Assembly: GCA_964534625.1 (NCBI GenBank)
Contig: CAZHRF010000003.1
Span: 1 to 64,000, forward strand
Length of the DNA: 64,000 nt
From: an uncultured archaeon
GTDB taxonomy: Archaea; Asgardarchaeota; Heimdallarchaeia; Heimdallarchaeales; Heimdallarchaeaceae
Direction: 5' to 3'
Shown: positions 9,849 through 20,980 of the stretch, piece by piece
Numbering within the stretch: position 1 is the stretch's first letter
Layout of the letters: every line of letters begins with the position of its first letter
Notes under the pieces: model-generated
What the model saw: only the letters and a program-made list of their open reading frames with translations
Databases searched by the model: none
Told to the model about the DNA's origin: nothing
Position numbers and translations under genes: made by a program

Positions 9849-10816
9849 CTATTTTTCACCATTTTTGCAATAAAGAATCCTTCACCGTTAGATTTGTGGG
9901 GATAGAGACGTTTTGCTTTTACTAAATCACTAGAAAATTCATAGCTTTGAAAGTGTGTTAAACCAGGTTCTCCTACATTCATACTAACGTTTATGAGAGA
10001 GAGATTTTTCATTTTTAGAGCATTAGATATAACTAGTTCATTCTCTTCTGGTTCAAGTGAACATGTACAATAAACCAATTCCCCATTAGGATTCAAACAG
10101 TCAATTGCTACAGATAAAAGTTCACTTTGTAGTGCTGTGAATTCTAACACATCGCTTAGCCTTTTACTTGTTTTCCTAGTTTCATCACGTACTATCACAC
10201 CTGATCCGGAGCATGGTGCATCTAATAAAATCTTGTCAAATGTTATACCTAGTTTTCTAATAGTTCTCGAATCCATGTTTAGTACTATAGTATTTGAGAT
10301 CCCCATTCGAGAAAGATTTGATCTCAAAGAACGACAACGATTAGCACTCACATCCATTGCAAGAATTTTTCCTTGATTTCCCATTAATTGTGCTAAATGG
10401 GACGTTTTTCCACCAGGCGCAGCTGTTAAATCCCCTACAAGATCATGTTTATCAGGAGAAAGTATCAAAGAAGGATACATTGAATTTTTTCCTTGTAGCA
10501 TATAATATCCATTAAGATATTCAGGGGTAGCCCCTATTGGAACAGGTGAAGATTTAACCACTCTCCCCTCTTTTACTTTTTCAATGTCGTCTAACCGTAC
10601 ACCTCTAGACTCCAACAAGTTCTCAGTTCGTGACATACTACATCTTATGGGGTTTAATCTTATTGTATCTAGTAGCTCTTTTTCATTAAAGATAAGAAAT
10701 TTTTCTATCTCTTTATTACCCATTAAATCAAGATAGCGATCTATCATATACGGTAGATATCCATAAGTATGTGCCAATTTGTATGCTTTATCTGAATAAA
10801 TGTTAGATTTATTCAT
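9845..10816 (-). CDS. NOL1/NOP2/RsmB-family RNA m5C methyltransferase
   Basis: AAPGGKT, LLDAPCSG, YCTCSLEPEENE, GFFIAK. Confidence 0.92.
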   Translation of the reverse strand: MNKSNIYSDKAYKLAHTYGYLPYMIDRYLDLMGNKEIEKFLIFNEKELLDTIRLNPIRCSMSRTENLLESRGVRLDDIEKVKEGRVVKSSPVPIGATPEYLNGYYMLQGKNSMYPSLILSPDKHDLVGDLTAAPGGKTSHLAQLMGNQGKILAMDVSANRCRSLRSNLSRMGISNTIVLNMDSRTIRKLGITFDKILLDAPCSGSGVIVRDETRKTSKRLSDVLEFTALQSELLSVAIDCLNPNGELVYCTCSLEPEENELVISNALKMKNLSLINVSMNVGEPGLTHFQSYEFSSDLVKAKRLYPHKSNGEGFFIAKMVKNR

Positions 10817-10885
10817 AAATCTGTTAACTCCATTTTGAGATTTTTATATCTTCTATCGAAAATATAAAAATAAGTAATATCAAAT

Positions 10886-11965
10886 GTGTACTTGATTATG
10901 TCTACAATAATAAATGAATTTAAACATATTGAAATGCCCCAAATACTGTCACTAGGAGCGAACATGTTAGACAGTTTACATGTTGTTATTCAAAAAGTTA
11001 AACTGGGTGATACGGTATTATTAATAACAGATAAATATCTAAAAAATAGAATAGCTAAAGATGTCGAACAGAAGTTACAAGACAAAAATTATTCAGTCTT
11101 GACAAAAGCTATTGATGATAGTACATTACAAGAAGTTGAAAACCAAAAAGATAACGTAAAAGAATTCAAACCAACATTTATTATTGGGTTAGGTGGTGGA
11201 AAACCCATTGATGTCGCCAAATATCTATCTTTTGAAGAAGATTTACGTTTCATTTCCATTCCTACTATCTGTTCTCACGATGGGATAGCAAGTTCAAGAG
11301 CCTCATTAATAGGAGATAATAAACGACATTCGAAAACAGCTAGACCGCCAATTGCAGTAGTAGCGGATACAATTATTCTTGATCGTTCTCCTTATAGATT
11401 TACCGCTGCAGGATGTGGGGATATACTGGCAAAAAAAACAGCAATTAAGGATTGGTTATTATCTCACAGATTAAGAAACGAACCCATAAGTGAGTATTCT
11501 ATAGCATTATCAGAAATGACTGTCAAGCTTATTACTCAAAATGTCGATCTAATTAGAAGTAAAGCAGAGGGATACAGTAGAATTGTTGTAAAAGCATTAA
11601 TTAGTAGTTCCTTAGCTATGTGCGTAGCTGGATCATCTCGGCCGGCAAGTGGTGCAGAGCACATGTTCAGTCATTTACTCGATGAAATTGCAGAAAAACC
11701 TGCACTTCATGGAGAACAATGTGCATTAGGGAGTATAGTAATGGCGTATCTACACAACTTAAACTGGGAGAAATTAAGATACACACTAAAAAAATTAGGA
11801 TTGCCAGTTACTGCTAAAGAGTTGGGACTTAAAGAAGAAGAAATTATCGAAGCACTAACAAAAGCACATAAAATTAGAAAAAACAGATTTACTATATTAG
11901 GAACCGAGGGACTAACATATGAAGCAGCAATTAAAGCAGCAACTACAACAGGAATAATACCATAA
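10886..11965 (+). CDS. egsA: sn-glycerol-1-phosphate dehydrogenase
   Basis: GGGKPIDVAK, PTICSHDGIAS, SSRPASGAEH, LHGEQ, RFTILG; start probably ATG 10898. Confidence 0.93.
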   Translation: MYLIMSTIINEFKHIEMPQILSLGANMLDSLHVVIQKVKLGDTVLLITDKYLKNRIAKDVEQKLQDKNYSVLTKAIDDSTLQEVENQKDNVKEFKPTFIIGLGGGKPIDVAKYLSFEEDLRFISIPTICSHDGIASSRASLIGDNKRHSKTARPPIAVVADTIILDRSPYRFTAAGCGDILAKKTAIKDWLLSHRLRNEPISEYSIALSEMTVKLITQNVDLIRSKAEGYSRIVVKALISSSLAMCVAGSSRPASGAEHMFSHLLDEIAEKPALHGEQCALGSIVMAYLHNLNWEKLRYTLKKLGLPVTAKELGLKEEEIIEALTKAHKIRKNRFTILGTEGLTYEAAIKAATTTGIIP

Positions 11966-12013
11966 TCCTCACAATAGCGAAGATTAATAAAATAAAATAT
12001 TCAAGATAAGTTA

Positions 12014-12460
12014 ATGGTTATTTCTCTGGTTTCTAAGGATGTTTCTGAGGTTGATTATAAATTCACTCATATGGGTTCAGTAGAAATATGTAATAAATGC
12101 CCGCTAAAAAAAGTGTGCGTGGATTCTTTAAAAGAGAATAACAATTATATAATAACCAATGTAAAAAGAAAAGAACATTCGTGTTTAATAGATGGGCGAA
12201 AAATGGTTGTTTGTGAGGTTAAGGAGATTAAACCTAGAGTTTCTGTCAGAAAACAAAAGCATTTAGAAGGTATGACAATAAAAAGAAAGCCTTTAGAGTG
12301 TAATGAAATCTTATGTGAACATTATTCAGTCCATTGTTGTCTTGTAGGGTTTGATAAAGAGATGAAGATTAAAATAATAAAAGAATTAGAAGAAATACAA
12401 TGTCCGCTAAAGTATGATTTGGTATTGGTGGAAGCTGAGAAAAAAAAGTCAAGTCGATAA
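12014..12460 (+). CDS. UPF0179 family protein
   Basis: CxxCxxxxxC near the N-terminus, HxC, C-terminal CP pattern. Confidence 0.75.
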   Translation: MVISLVSKDVSEVDYKFTHMGSVEICNKCPLKKVCVDSLKENNNYIITNVKRKEHSCLIDGRKMVVCEVKEIKPRVSVRKQKHLEGMTIKRKPLECNEILCEHYSVHCCLVGFDKEMKIKIIKELEEIQCPLKYDLVLVEAEKKKSSR

Positions 12461-12569
12461 TAGTTCAATAAAGTCAGATCTTTAGTTTTACTATAAACAA
12501 AGACCCTAATATATTTAACATAAATACTAAGAAGATTAAAAGAAAAAAGGAAATGAACAATAAGGTACA

Positions 12570-13271
12570 TTATTTTGGTGTTCTATCGATTTTGAAAATT
12601 TCAATGAATTTTATTTTTTCATATTTATCAGTTAGTTCTCCAATATCCCTTGTAACACCAGATTTTGTGAATTGAATGAATTCCATAAAACGAGTATCTT
12701 TTGGTAATTCTACTTTTATGATTTTGTCATCTAATTCTATTTCTGTTTCTGAAAAATCTACACCAGGTAATCTTTTTTCTAGTAAAGCGATAAATTGGTC
12801 TTTGACATCAATAATATGCTCAACAATTTCAACATCATAAATCAAATCGTGTCCCGCAAAATCATGGTTAAAATCTACTTTAACTCGACTACTTGAAACT
12901 TTCATAATTCTGCCTTCCATTCCCGAAAGTTCAACTTTCATGCCTTCCTTGGGTTTTATTTGTAATTTCTGAAATTCTCGACGTTGAATTAAACGTATTT
13001 TAGAACGATCCCTTAAACCAAATCCTTTCTTTGCTTCTACAGTAATTGTCTCTTTATCACCCTGTTGCATACCAATAAGCTGTTCCTCTAATCCTTCAGG
13101 TAACCAATTTTTACCAATTATAACCAAACACGGTTTGTATAAAATATTTTCATCATACACGTCTGCATCTTTGGCTATATCTTCGATAGTTGTATCAAAA
13201 ATTTCGTTAGTATCTTTAAGCCTCGCTGTATAATTTATTTTGCACATATCATTGTATTTCAACTTTGACAT
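12570..13271 (-). CDS. Long archaeal FKBP-type peptidyl-prolyl isomerase (SlyD-like)
   Basis: FDTT, GLEEQL, FGLRD, VDFNHDFAG. Confidence 0.88.
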   Translation of the reverse strand: MSKLKYNDMCKINYTARLKDTNEIFDTTIEDIAKDADVYDENILYKPCLVIIGKNWLPEGLEEQLIGMQQGDKETITVEAKKGFGLRDRSKIRLIQRREFQKLQIKPKEGMKVELSGMEGRIMKVSSSRVKVDFNHDFAGHDLIYDVEIVEHIIDVKDQFIALLEKRLPGVDFSETEIELDDKIIKVELPKDTRFMEFIQFTKSGVTRDIGELTDKYEKIKFIEIFKIDRTPK

Positions 13272-13360
13272 AGTAGGACACCTAAAACCTTTTCTTGTAA
13301 AGTAGGGTATAATCCTTTATAAAAAATTAGATTTGTTAGATTCATTTTTTATCCAACATG

Positions 13361-14038
13361 CTACTTTATACTGTTTATTAGTTCTATTAAGGATAAAAAA
13401 TCTGATTTTGCAATCTCGTCTTCTAACCTATTTACATATAGTTTTAAAAGTTGCACTCTCTTTAGAGCTAGTTTCTTGGTGATCTTAAAATGCATTCTAG
13501 AAGGAAGTAGTAATAATTTCTCATAAAAGTGATGCTTTGATTCCTTCAAATCGCGATTGTTCTCTACACTATAACTGATAGTTCGATATAAGCCTATTGA
13601 ACCGAGAGCATCCAACATGTCTGCATCTTGTAATATTTTTCCCTCAAGACTTTCAGGTTCTATGTTTTTACTATATCTATGGGAGTAAATTGCTTTTGTC
13701 ACAGGTTCAATCAAATCATCATAATTATTAGCAAGTAAAAAATCCTTTGCCATCTCAGCTCCTTTTTCAGCGTGACACTGACCCGTTTTTTCTTCATAGG
13801 GGCGACCGAGATCATGGAATAATGCTGCAATAATTAAAACATCCATATCTGCATTAAGTTGATCACCAATTTCAATACAAGTATATGTTACCCGTATGGT
13901 ATGTTCAAGATCATGTGAATTTGAAGCTTCCAAATATTTCTTTGAAAGAAATTCGTAACATAACAGGATAAGCTCTTGTAATGAACTATACGAAGAAAGA
14001 TATCTCAAGTTTAGCGAACCGTATTTCATAATATTCAT
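13361..14038 (-). CDS. HD-domain phosphohydrolase
   Basis: SHDLEH..RV, LFHDLG, QDADMLDALG. Confidence 0.87.
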   Translation of the reverse strand: MNIMKYGSLNLRYLSSYSSLQELILLCYEFLSKKYLEASNSHDLEHTIRVTYTCIEIGDQLNADMDVLIIAALFHDLGRPYEEKTGQCHAEKGAEMAKDFLLANNYDDLIEPVTKAIYSHRYSKNIEPESLEGKILQDADMLDALGSIGLYRTISYSVENNRDLKESKHHFYEKLLLLPSRMHFKITKKLALKRVQLLKLYVNRLEDEIAKSDFLSLIELINSIK

Positions 14039-14670
14039 CCTTTGTTAATATTGAAAATTTTGCCCATTACTTTAAAATTATGCTTATTGACAGAAATCAG
14101 ACAATAATTTCCACGGGTAACTGGTCCAGGATTAATAATAGTTGTGGATGCATATTCTGTTATAGCGGGAGAACTATGTATATGACCACAAATATGTAAA
14201 AAGATAGGATAATCGATTAAAATCTGTTTTAATTCCATAGAGCCACAATGATGTTTGAATCCTTCTATATCCGCTTTAGTTTCATATGGGGGAACATGAG
14301 AGAGTAAACAAATTGGTGTTTCTTTCTCTTTCAAATCATTTAACAGATCATAATTGATTTTTGGTTTTTGATCACCAAAACCAACCACAGTAAAATCATC
14401 AAGAACCAGCGGATTAGATTCAACATAATTATAAGATTTAAAAATTTCAGTGCTTTTTATTTTTGGATCACAATTACCCAAACAAAAATAAATATTTGGT
14501 ATATATGATTTAATTAACGCTAAGATGTTTAACAAATCTGATTCTCCACCAAAATTTGTTATATCACCTGCGATTAAGCAAGTTGTTAAGTTTTCTGCCT
14601 TTGTTCTCTCAAGTATTCGTTCTAAAGTGATTATTTGACAATGAATATCTGATATAACTAAATATTTCAT
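14035..14670 (-). CDS. Calcineurin-like metallophosphoesterase
   Basis: SDIH, GD, GNCD, HVPP, GHIH, NPG motifs. Confidence 0.88.
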   Translation of the reverse strand: MKYLVISDIHCQIITLERILERTKAENLTTCLIAGDITNFGGESDLLNILALIKSYIPNIYFCLGNCDPKIKSTEIFKSYNYVESNPLVLDDFTVVGFGDQKPKINYDLLNDLKEKETPICLLSHVPPYETKADIEGFKHHCGSMELKQILIDYPIFLHICGHIHSSPAITEYASTTIINPGPVTRGNYCLISVNKHNFKVMGKIFNINKG

Positions 14671-14707
14671 ATTTTTTCACAATACCTATTTGTCTATATT
14701 CACATCA

Positions 14708-15331
14708 TCATTTTTCTTCAATTAAAGGCGAAGGAACAATTTTTTTTAATATAATCAAAATTCTTAAACTTGTAGAAATTATATGGAGTAATAGTGTAAA
14801 AGAACCTATACTAATTGCAATAGATAAAGCATTGATCTCCCATATGACATTTACAAACAATGCACATATTATTGTATATAAAATACTAAAACCAAATGCA
14901 ATCAACAGTCGTTCAAATTGATCAATACGAACATATAAACGGGGAAAAAGTATATTTGTAAAACTCCAGCCCAATAAAAAAAAACAAAAAATCATTCCCA
15001 AAATAACTCGAATGAATACAAATGAAGAACTAGGAGAGATAAAAAAAACAGATAATACTAAACTAATTGATAGAGAAACTATTGTCCAGAATTCTATTGA
15101 AAAATAGTTTTTATTTAAAAAAAACTTATTAACGTTTTCTGGTAAAGTTCTGTCAAAAGGGCAAAAATTTATCTTTGAATCCTTTTCCATCTTGCCAATA
15201 AGCGTATATATTTCAGATTTAGAAAGATCAAGTTTAGGTGCAGCTAACATAGCTAAATGCTTGATGTTTCTAGGTGACTGTTCCTTCATTATTTCTTGAA
15301 GAGTTTTTTCCGGATTTAAGCGTTCATTCAT
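14708..15331 (-). CDS. Membrane protein, DUF1616-like
   Basis: Four hydrophobic segments with LFP....IDQFER motif; N-terminal soluble helical region. Confidence 0.6.
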   Translation of the reverse strand: MNERLNPEKTLQEIMKEQSPRNIKHLAMLAAPKLDLSKSEIYTLIGKMEKDSKINFCPFDRTLPENVNKFFLNKNYFSIEFWTIVSLSISLVLSVFFISPSSSFVFIRVILGMIFCFFLLGWSFTNILFPRLYVRIDQFERLLIAFGFSILYTIICALFVNVIWEINALSIAISIGSFTLLLHIISTSLRILIILKKIVPSPLIEEK

Positions 15332-15372
15332 TGTATTCTACCAAAAAAATGATAAAAAATAAAAAAATGTTT

Positions 15373-16545
15373 CTATAAAAATTCTTTAACAGCTTCTTTT
15401 AATTCTTCTACCCGATCCGTTTTTTCCCAAGTAAATTCAGGTTCGTTACGACCAAAATGCCCATATACAGCTGTCTTTTTATAGATCGGTCGTTTGAGAT
15501 CTAACAATTCAATTAAAACGCCAGGTCTGAAATTGAAGACTTTATCAAAGACTTTTCTTAGTGATTCCATTGGAATTTTTTCAGTTCCAAAACAATCAAG
15601 ATTGATTGCAAGTGGTTCTGGTTCTCCTATTGCATAGGAAACTTGAACTTCACATTTCTTTGCCAAATTTGCTGCCACAATATTTTTTGCAGCATAACGT
15701 GCCATGTAAGATGCAGAACGGTCAACCTTTGAAGGATCTTTACCTGAAAATGCTCCACCACCATGAGTTTCTACACCACCATAGGTATCGACAATTATCT
15801 TCCTTCCAGTCAATCCTGAATCTCCATGAGGACCACCTATAACAAAACGCCCAGTTCTATTGATGAAAATCTTTGTGTCCTCATCTATCAAGAACTTGGG
15901 GATTACTTCATCTATAACTTTGCTTTTGATTTCTTTTTGAATTTCTTCATTTGTTACCTCTGGAGTATGTTGGGCAGCTATAACCACAGCATGAACACGA
16001 AGCGGAACATTATCTCGATATTGGACTGTTACAAGACTCTTACCGTCAGGTCGCAAAAAATCAATTATCCCTTCTTTTCTTACTTTAGCTAAACGTTGTG
16101 TGAGTTTATGAGCGAGGATAATCGGTAAAGGCATAAACTCTGGTGTTTCATCACATGCATAGCCATACATTATTCCTTGATCACCTGCACCTTGTTGTTC
16201 TTTTGTTTTTCTTCTAACTCCTTGACTTATATCAGGAGACTGACTATGTAATACGTTTACAACAGCACAGCCCCTATAATCAAAACCTATTGAAGAATTA
16301 GTGTAACCTATTTCTTTAATTGTGTCTCTGACTACATTTTGATAATCAATATTTACTGTCTTTGTAAATGAAATTTCACCACCAATAACAACTAAGCCTG
16401 TTGTGACAAAAGTTTCAGCAGCAACATGTGCATCAGGATCCTTCTCTAGAATTGCATCTAAAAGGGCATCCGAAATTTGATCAGCTATTTTATCGGGATG
16501 ACCCTCACATACACTCTCGGATGAAATAAAAAAGTTCTTAGTCAT
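15373..16545 (-). CDS. metK: S-adenosylmethionine synthetase, bacterial/eukaryotic type
   Basis: [47 protein letters not shown]. Confidence 0.95.
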   Translation of the reverse strand: MTKNFFISSESVCEGHPDKIADQISDALLDAILEKDPDAHVAAETFVTTGLVVIGGEISFTKTVNIDYQNVVRDTIKEIGYTNSSIGFDYRGCAVVNVLHSQSPDISQGVRRKTKEQQGAGDQGIMYGYACDETPEFMPLPIILAHKLTQRLAKVRKEGIIDFLRPDGKSLVTVQYRDNVPLRVHAVVIAAQHTPEVTNEEIQKEIKSKVIDEVIPKFLIDEDTKIFINRTGRFVIGGPHGDSGLTGRKIIVDTYGGVETHGGGAFSGKDPSKVDRSASYMARYAAKNIVAANLAKKCEVQVSYAIGEPEPLAINLDCFGTEKIPMESLRKVFDKVFNFRPGVLIELLDLKRPIYKKTAVYGHFGRNEPEFTWEKTDRVEELKEAVKEFL

Positions 16546-16675
16546 CTCTTACACTCCTTTTTTTTACTTACCCCCTTTGATTTTTAAAATCCTTCTATCT
16601 AACAGAGTTGACAAAAAAAAGATTAGAGCCCTTAAAATTAACACATCATTAGTTTTATGAAGATAATAATAACTA

Positions 16676-17296
16676 CTAAATATTTTTTTCAAGATTTATT
16701 ACTTCATCAAGTAAATCATTTTTTGAGAGACGATTTTTTGGATTAGTACTTTTCATAGCTAGTTCTAGTTTACTTGATAATCGGTTTACTTTATGCATTG
16801 CAAGAGCTTTACCTGTTTCAAGAAGTAAATCTCGTATTTCTTCAAGAATTGCAAGCACCTTAGGAATATCTTTTGTTAATTCCGATGAAGCTTTAATTTG
16901 CTTCTTAAGAACCCTAAATCCATCATTAACCGATTCAATTTTTTCTTTATAGGTGTCAATGATATGATTTTTGGCTTCATTAATCAACATCTCTTCATCA
17001 TATTTTTTTGAAAATTGACCTTTTTTAACCATAACATGTGCTAAATGCTTTAATGTTGTTTCCATTATTTCTTTTGTATGAAGTTCGGGTAAAGCATGAA
17101 TTAATTGGATTTTTGTTAAAACTCTCCTTTCATTTTTCAGATAATAATCTTGCTCTTGTTTAGTTACAATTCCTTTCTCAACAAATTGATTTATGTCCTC
17201 TTTTAGAGAATCTCGAGTACCCGCCCCCTTCCAATATCGATCTTCAAGATGCGTTTCAAGTTTTTTTGAGATTATATCAAGTTTCGAGCTAACCAT
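16676..17296 (-). CDS. Hypothetical helical protein
   Basis: 206-aa ORF filling the gap with a typical codon pattern; no motif recognised. Confidence 0.65.
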   Translation of the reverse strand: MVSSKLDIISKKLETHLEDRYWKGAGTRDSLKEDINQFVEKGIVTKQEQDYYLKNERRVLTKIQLIHALPELHTKEIMETTLKHLAHVMVKKGQFSKKYDEEMLINEAKNHIIDTYKEKIESVNDGFRVLKKQIKASSELTKDIPKVLAILEEIRDLLLETGKALAMHKVNRLSSKLELAMKSTNPKNRLSKNDLLDEVINLEKNI

Positions 17297-17482
17297 ATGA
17301 AATTATTGGTAACATTGACTAATAAATATATTTATGTAAATAGTACTTCCAAATTAAAAAAATGCTTAAGTATTCTATCCTTTTAAAGCGAATTTTAGGG
17401 GGGTCATATCGAAGATATATACAAGTAGAGCATTATTTCGGAAGTACTAGTAAAAAAAACCAAAAGAATTTTTAATAATATA

Positions 17483-18229
17483 GTGATTACCACAAATATG
17501 GATGATACAGTAGGCGTCTTATTTTGTGGTGGTAAAGGAACAAGAATGCGTCCCCTTACCTATTATATTCAGAAAGTGATGATGCCAATTGGTAAGGATC
17601 AAAAACCCATATTGGAATATGTCATTAAACACTTTAAGCGTCATAATATAACTAATTTAATTTTACTTGTTAATTACAAACGTGAACAAATTAGGGGGTA
17701 CTTTGAAGATGGATCACACCTTGGGGTGAATATTGAATACGTCGTAGACAAACCTGGTCCAATAGGGACAGGTACAGCACTTCTTAATGCAAGTAAAATT
17801 ATTGAAAAAAGGAGAGTATTCGTCTACTATTCAGACATTATAACAAATGCCAACTTTACTGACATGATAAATTATCACAAATCACATGGAAAATGGGCAT
17901 CTATTTTGATTGCAAAAGGATGGAAGCTAAGAGTTGGAACAGCAAAAACGAATGAAAAGAGCCAAATTCTAAAGTTTGAAGAGAAACCCACACTTGATAT
18001 TCATGTAAACACAGGTATAAGTATTCTGGAACCAAAAGTCTTCGAATACTTAAGCAGATTTAATCCTTCTGAGAGTATAGACCTTTCAAAGGATATATTT
18101 CCTGAATTTGTAAGGGAACAACAGATGATGGGGTATGCACCGGATGATTTTTTCTGGGAAGACATTGGATCTATGGAAAGATACGAAAAAATTAACCATG
18201 AAAGAATTACACACTTGATGAAAAAATAG
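17483..18229 (+). CDS. NDP-sugar pyrophosphorylase-family nucleotidyltransferase
   Basis: CGGKGTRMRPLT..IQK, FEEKP, WEDIG. Confidence 0.88.
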   Translation: MITTNMDDTVGVLFCGGKGTRMRPLTYYIQKVMMPIGKDQKPILEYVIKHFKRHNITNLILLVNYKREQIRGYFEDGSHLGVNIEYVVDKPGPIGTGTALLNASKIIEKRRVFVYYSDIITNANFTDMINYHKSHGKWASILIAKGWKLRVGTAKTNEKSQILKFEEKPTLDIHVNTGISILEPKVFEYLSRFNPSESIDLSKDIFPEFVREQQMMGYAPDDFFWEDIGSMERYEKINHERITHLMKK

Positions 18230-18284
18230 GTATACATAATAAATTTTTATATGGATCCAATCTACTTAATACAGAGGTAATAAA

Positions 18285-18662
18285 ATGAAACAAAGATTAA
18301 TGGACATATTAGCTTGTCCTATTGATAAGGCCTGGCCTTTGAAACTTACAATAAAAGAAGAATCATTAGAAAACGATATTCAAATTCCAGAAAAAAATAA
18401 TGAAACAAAAGTAATATGCAGATATTATTGCAATTATAAAAACTATTTCTTAGTTGAAAAAGACCATGAGACAGCTAAATCTTTTGAAGAAATTAAAAAG
18501 AATGTAACGGTGGAAGATTGTAGAAAGTGTTTTTCACACGAAATTATTGCAGGCGAGATTATCTGCCCAAATAATAAAAATGAACATCGATATGAAATAA
18601 AAGAAAGTATTCCTATAATGTTATCTCCAAGCCAAAAAAAAGAAATTTATGGTAAGAAATAA
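18285..18662 (+). CDS. Trm112-like methyltransferase activator with Cys-rich insertion
   Basis: LMDILACPIDK N-terminus and GEIICP..RYEIKESIPIML C-terminus. Confidence 0.82.
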   Translation: MKQRLMDILACPIDKAWPLKLTIKEESLENDIQIPEKNNETKVICRYYCNYKNYFLVEKDHETAKSFEEIKKNVTVEDCRKCFSHEIIAGEIICPNNKNEHRYEIKESIPIMLSPSQKKEIYGKK

Positions 18663-18820
18663 TTTATGATGAGTTAAAACTTCCATTAATACATCTTATT
18701 AGGTTTTTTTTAGACAAGTAATAAATGTTCATCAAACAATCAATTTCACGGATATTTATAAATTAATTTTCTGTTATTTTTAATTTATAAGTTGTTAAAG
18801 AGAACTGGCTTACAAAATTG

Positions 18821-19087
18821 TTAGCTTTTATTTGTTTCTTCGTCTTCTATTTCTTCTTTTTTATAAGCATTCCAGAAAAAAGACGCAATTTCAAATAAAA
18901 CGCCAATAGTTAACAGAATATTAATAATAATCAAACGGGTTTTAATTTCAGAGAATACATATAAAACTCGTTGTAAGATAAGAAATGATGCATAGAAGAC
19001 AATTAAAAGAAATAACAAAATTACTTTAGGAATGGAACTTTTATCAAAAGAAAAATTAGCCAAAAAATCTTTTATTCGATTACTCAT
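18821..19087 (-). CDS. Small two-helix membrane protein
   Basis: Two hydrophobic stretches; ATG 19087 just after the mutL stop. Confidence 0.55.
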   Translation of the reverse strand: MSNRIKDFLANFSFDKSSIPKVILLFLLIVFYASFLILQRVLYVFSEIKTRLIIINILLTIGVLFEIASFFWNAYKKEEIEDEETNKS

Positions 19088-19100
19088 GATTCTCGTTCCT

Positions 19101-20933
19101 TTAAACTTTGTAATCCCGACCAAAAAGCTTCTCTAAATAATCATTGTTCAATATTATCATAGTAGGGCGCCCATGAGGGCAAGTGTATGGATCTTTAGTT
19201 TTCAACAGATCATGTAATAATTGCTCAGCTTGAGGTAAAGAAAGTTTATCCCCCGATTTTACAGATCGTCTACAGGACATTAATGCCACCATGTCCTTTA
19301 CAAAATCCAAATCATCTATTGTCATATTACTCATAAGTTTATCTTCATTTTCTATGAAGATGTCAATTATATCTTGCGCTATTTTGGCGGAGATTGTTTT
19401 TCCTAAAATTGAAGGAACAGCACGAATTAAGATATCATTACCTCCAAAAAAATCTATTAAAAAACCTAATTCTCGCATTTTTTCCTTAATAGCATCAATG
19501 ATAGCAACTTCAGAAGGCTTTAAATTGATTGTTAGTGGAGCTAGGAGTTCTTGAATACTTATAGATTTTGTTTTTATCTGATCAAGATATTTAATGTAAT
19601 TAATTTTTTCATGGGCAGCATGTTGATCACAGATAACTATACCATCAGACATTTTAGCAAGGATATAAGTACAATCATAAATTCCCAATACAGAAAGTGT
19701 TTTTTCGTGTCTCTTAATTTTTTGTGGGTGAAAAGTTGTAGATTTTTTGTCTTTTTCAAAATATTGCCCAAGTATAGTAGCCCTAACTTTCGAAATGCTT
19801 GAAGGTGAAGCTTTTGTTGAAAGGGATAAAGGAACAGTTTTTTCATTTTTTGGTGGATGAAACCCAGTTGTAGAAGGTGAATCAAATAACGTTTTTTGTT
19901 TCATTGGTTCATTACTTGTCTCAAATATTTTAAGACCACTTGCTTCTAAAGCTGTTCTCACTCCTTGTTCAAAAATTGAGAATATTTTGTCTTCTCTGCT
20001 AAATCGTACTTGTTTCTTTGTAGGATGAACATTACAATCAACTTCATTGAAAGGAAGAGAGAGTGTAACAAAAGTAATTGGATAGCGGTTATGGGGAATA
20101 GCGGTTCCATATCCTTTCATAATCGCTTCAATAATTGTTTTATCATGTACAGATCTACCATTAACAAATAGGTACATATAGTTCATAGTTTTTCGTGTAA
20201 ATTCAGGTTTAGTAATGTATCCAGAAATAGAATACTGTTCTTTTGTTATTGATACAGGAATACAAGCCTTTGCCACGTTCGTGCCAAAAATAGAAGAGAT
20301 ATTGGTTAGTAAATCACCTTTTGGGGTAGATAATATTTTACGGTCATTATGATTTAACTGAAAAGACAAATGGGGATAGGATAAAGCCAATTTGGTAGCA
20401 TATTCAGAGATATGATTCAATTCAGTACTTGTCGTTTTTAGAAAATTTCTTCTTACAGGCACGTTGTAGAAAAGATTTCTAACTATTATTCTTGTACCAA
20501 CTTTTGCTGATGTTCGTTCTTTGACTTTTACTTCTCCGCCTTCAACAATAATATGGGTACCCAAATCAGTTCCCGCGGCTCGTGTAATAATATCTACCCT
20601 TGCTATACTAACAATACTTGCTAAAGCTTCTCCTCGAAACCCCAGTGAATTAATCGAAAACAAATCTTCGGCTTTTCTTATTTTACTAGTTGTGTGGGGT
20701 TCAATTGCCAGTAAAGCATCATCATAGGTCATACCCATTCCATCATCAATTATTTCAATTAATTTCTTCCCACCCTCTTCAACACTTATAAGTATAGATG
20801 TAGCTTCAGCATCAATTGCATTTTCAACTAATTCTTTTACTACTGAGGCTGGTCTTTCTACCACCTCACCAGCTGCTATTTTATTAATAGTAGTCTGATC
20901 CAATTCAATGATTTTTCTATTCATAGTGACCAC
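19101..20933 (-). CDS. mutL: DNA mismatch repair endonuclease MutL
   Basis: IAAGEVVERPASVVKELVENAIDA, GFRGEAL, DQHAAHE, SCR, CPHGRP. Confidence 0.96.
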   Translation of the reverse strand: MVTMNRKIIELDQTTINKIAAGEVVERPASVVKELVENAIDAEATSILISVEEGGKKLIEIIDDGMGMTYDDALLAIEPHTTSKIRKAEDLFSINSLGFRGEALASIVSIARVDIITRAAGTDLGTHIIVEGGEVKVKERTSAKVGTRIIVRNLFYNVPVRRNFLKTTSTELNHISEYATKLALSYPHLSFQLNHNDRKILSTPKGDLLTNISSIFGTNVAKACIPVSITKEQYSISGYITKPEFTRKTMNYMYLFVNGRSVHDKTIIEAIMKGYGTAIPHNRYPITFVTLSLPFNEVDCNVHPTKKQVRFSREDKIFSIFEQGVRTALEASGLKIFETSNEPMKQKTLFDSPSTTGFHPPKNEKTVPLSLSTKASPSSISKVRATILGQYFEKDKKSTTFHPQKIKRHEKTLSVLGIYDCTYILAKMSDGIVICDQHAAHEKINYIKYLDQIKTKSISIQELLAPLTINLKPSEVAIIDAIKEKMRELGFLIDFFGGNDILIRAVPSILGKTISAKIAQDIIDIFIENEDKLMSNMTIDDLDFVKDMVALMSCRRSVKSGDKLSLPQAEQLLHDLLKTKDPYTCPHGRPTMIILNNDYLEKLFGRDYKV

Positions 20934-20980
20934 AAATATCAGGTTTTATATTAAGAATAAAAAGAGACGGAGATATAAAA

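Noticed and set aside
18666-18720. Second C/D sRNA starting at ATGATGA
   Set aside because: No D or D' box at a suitable distance
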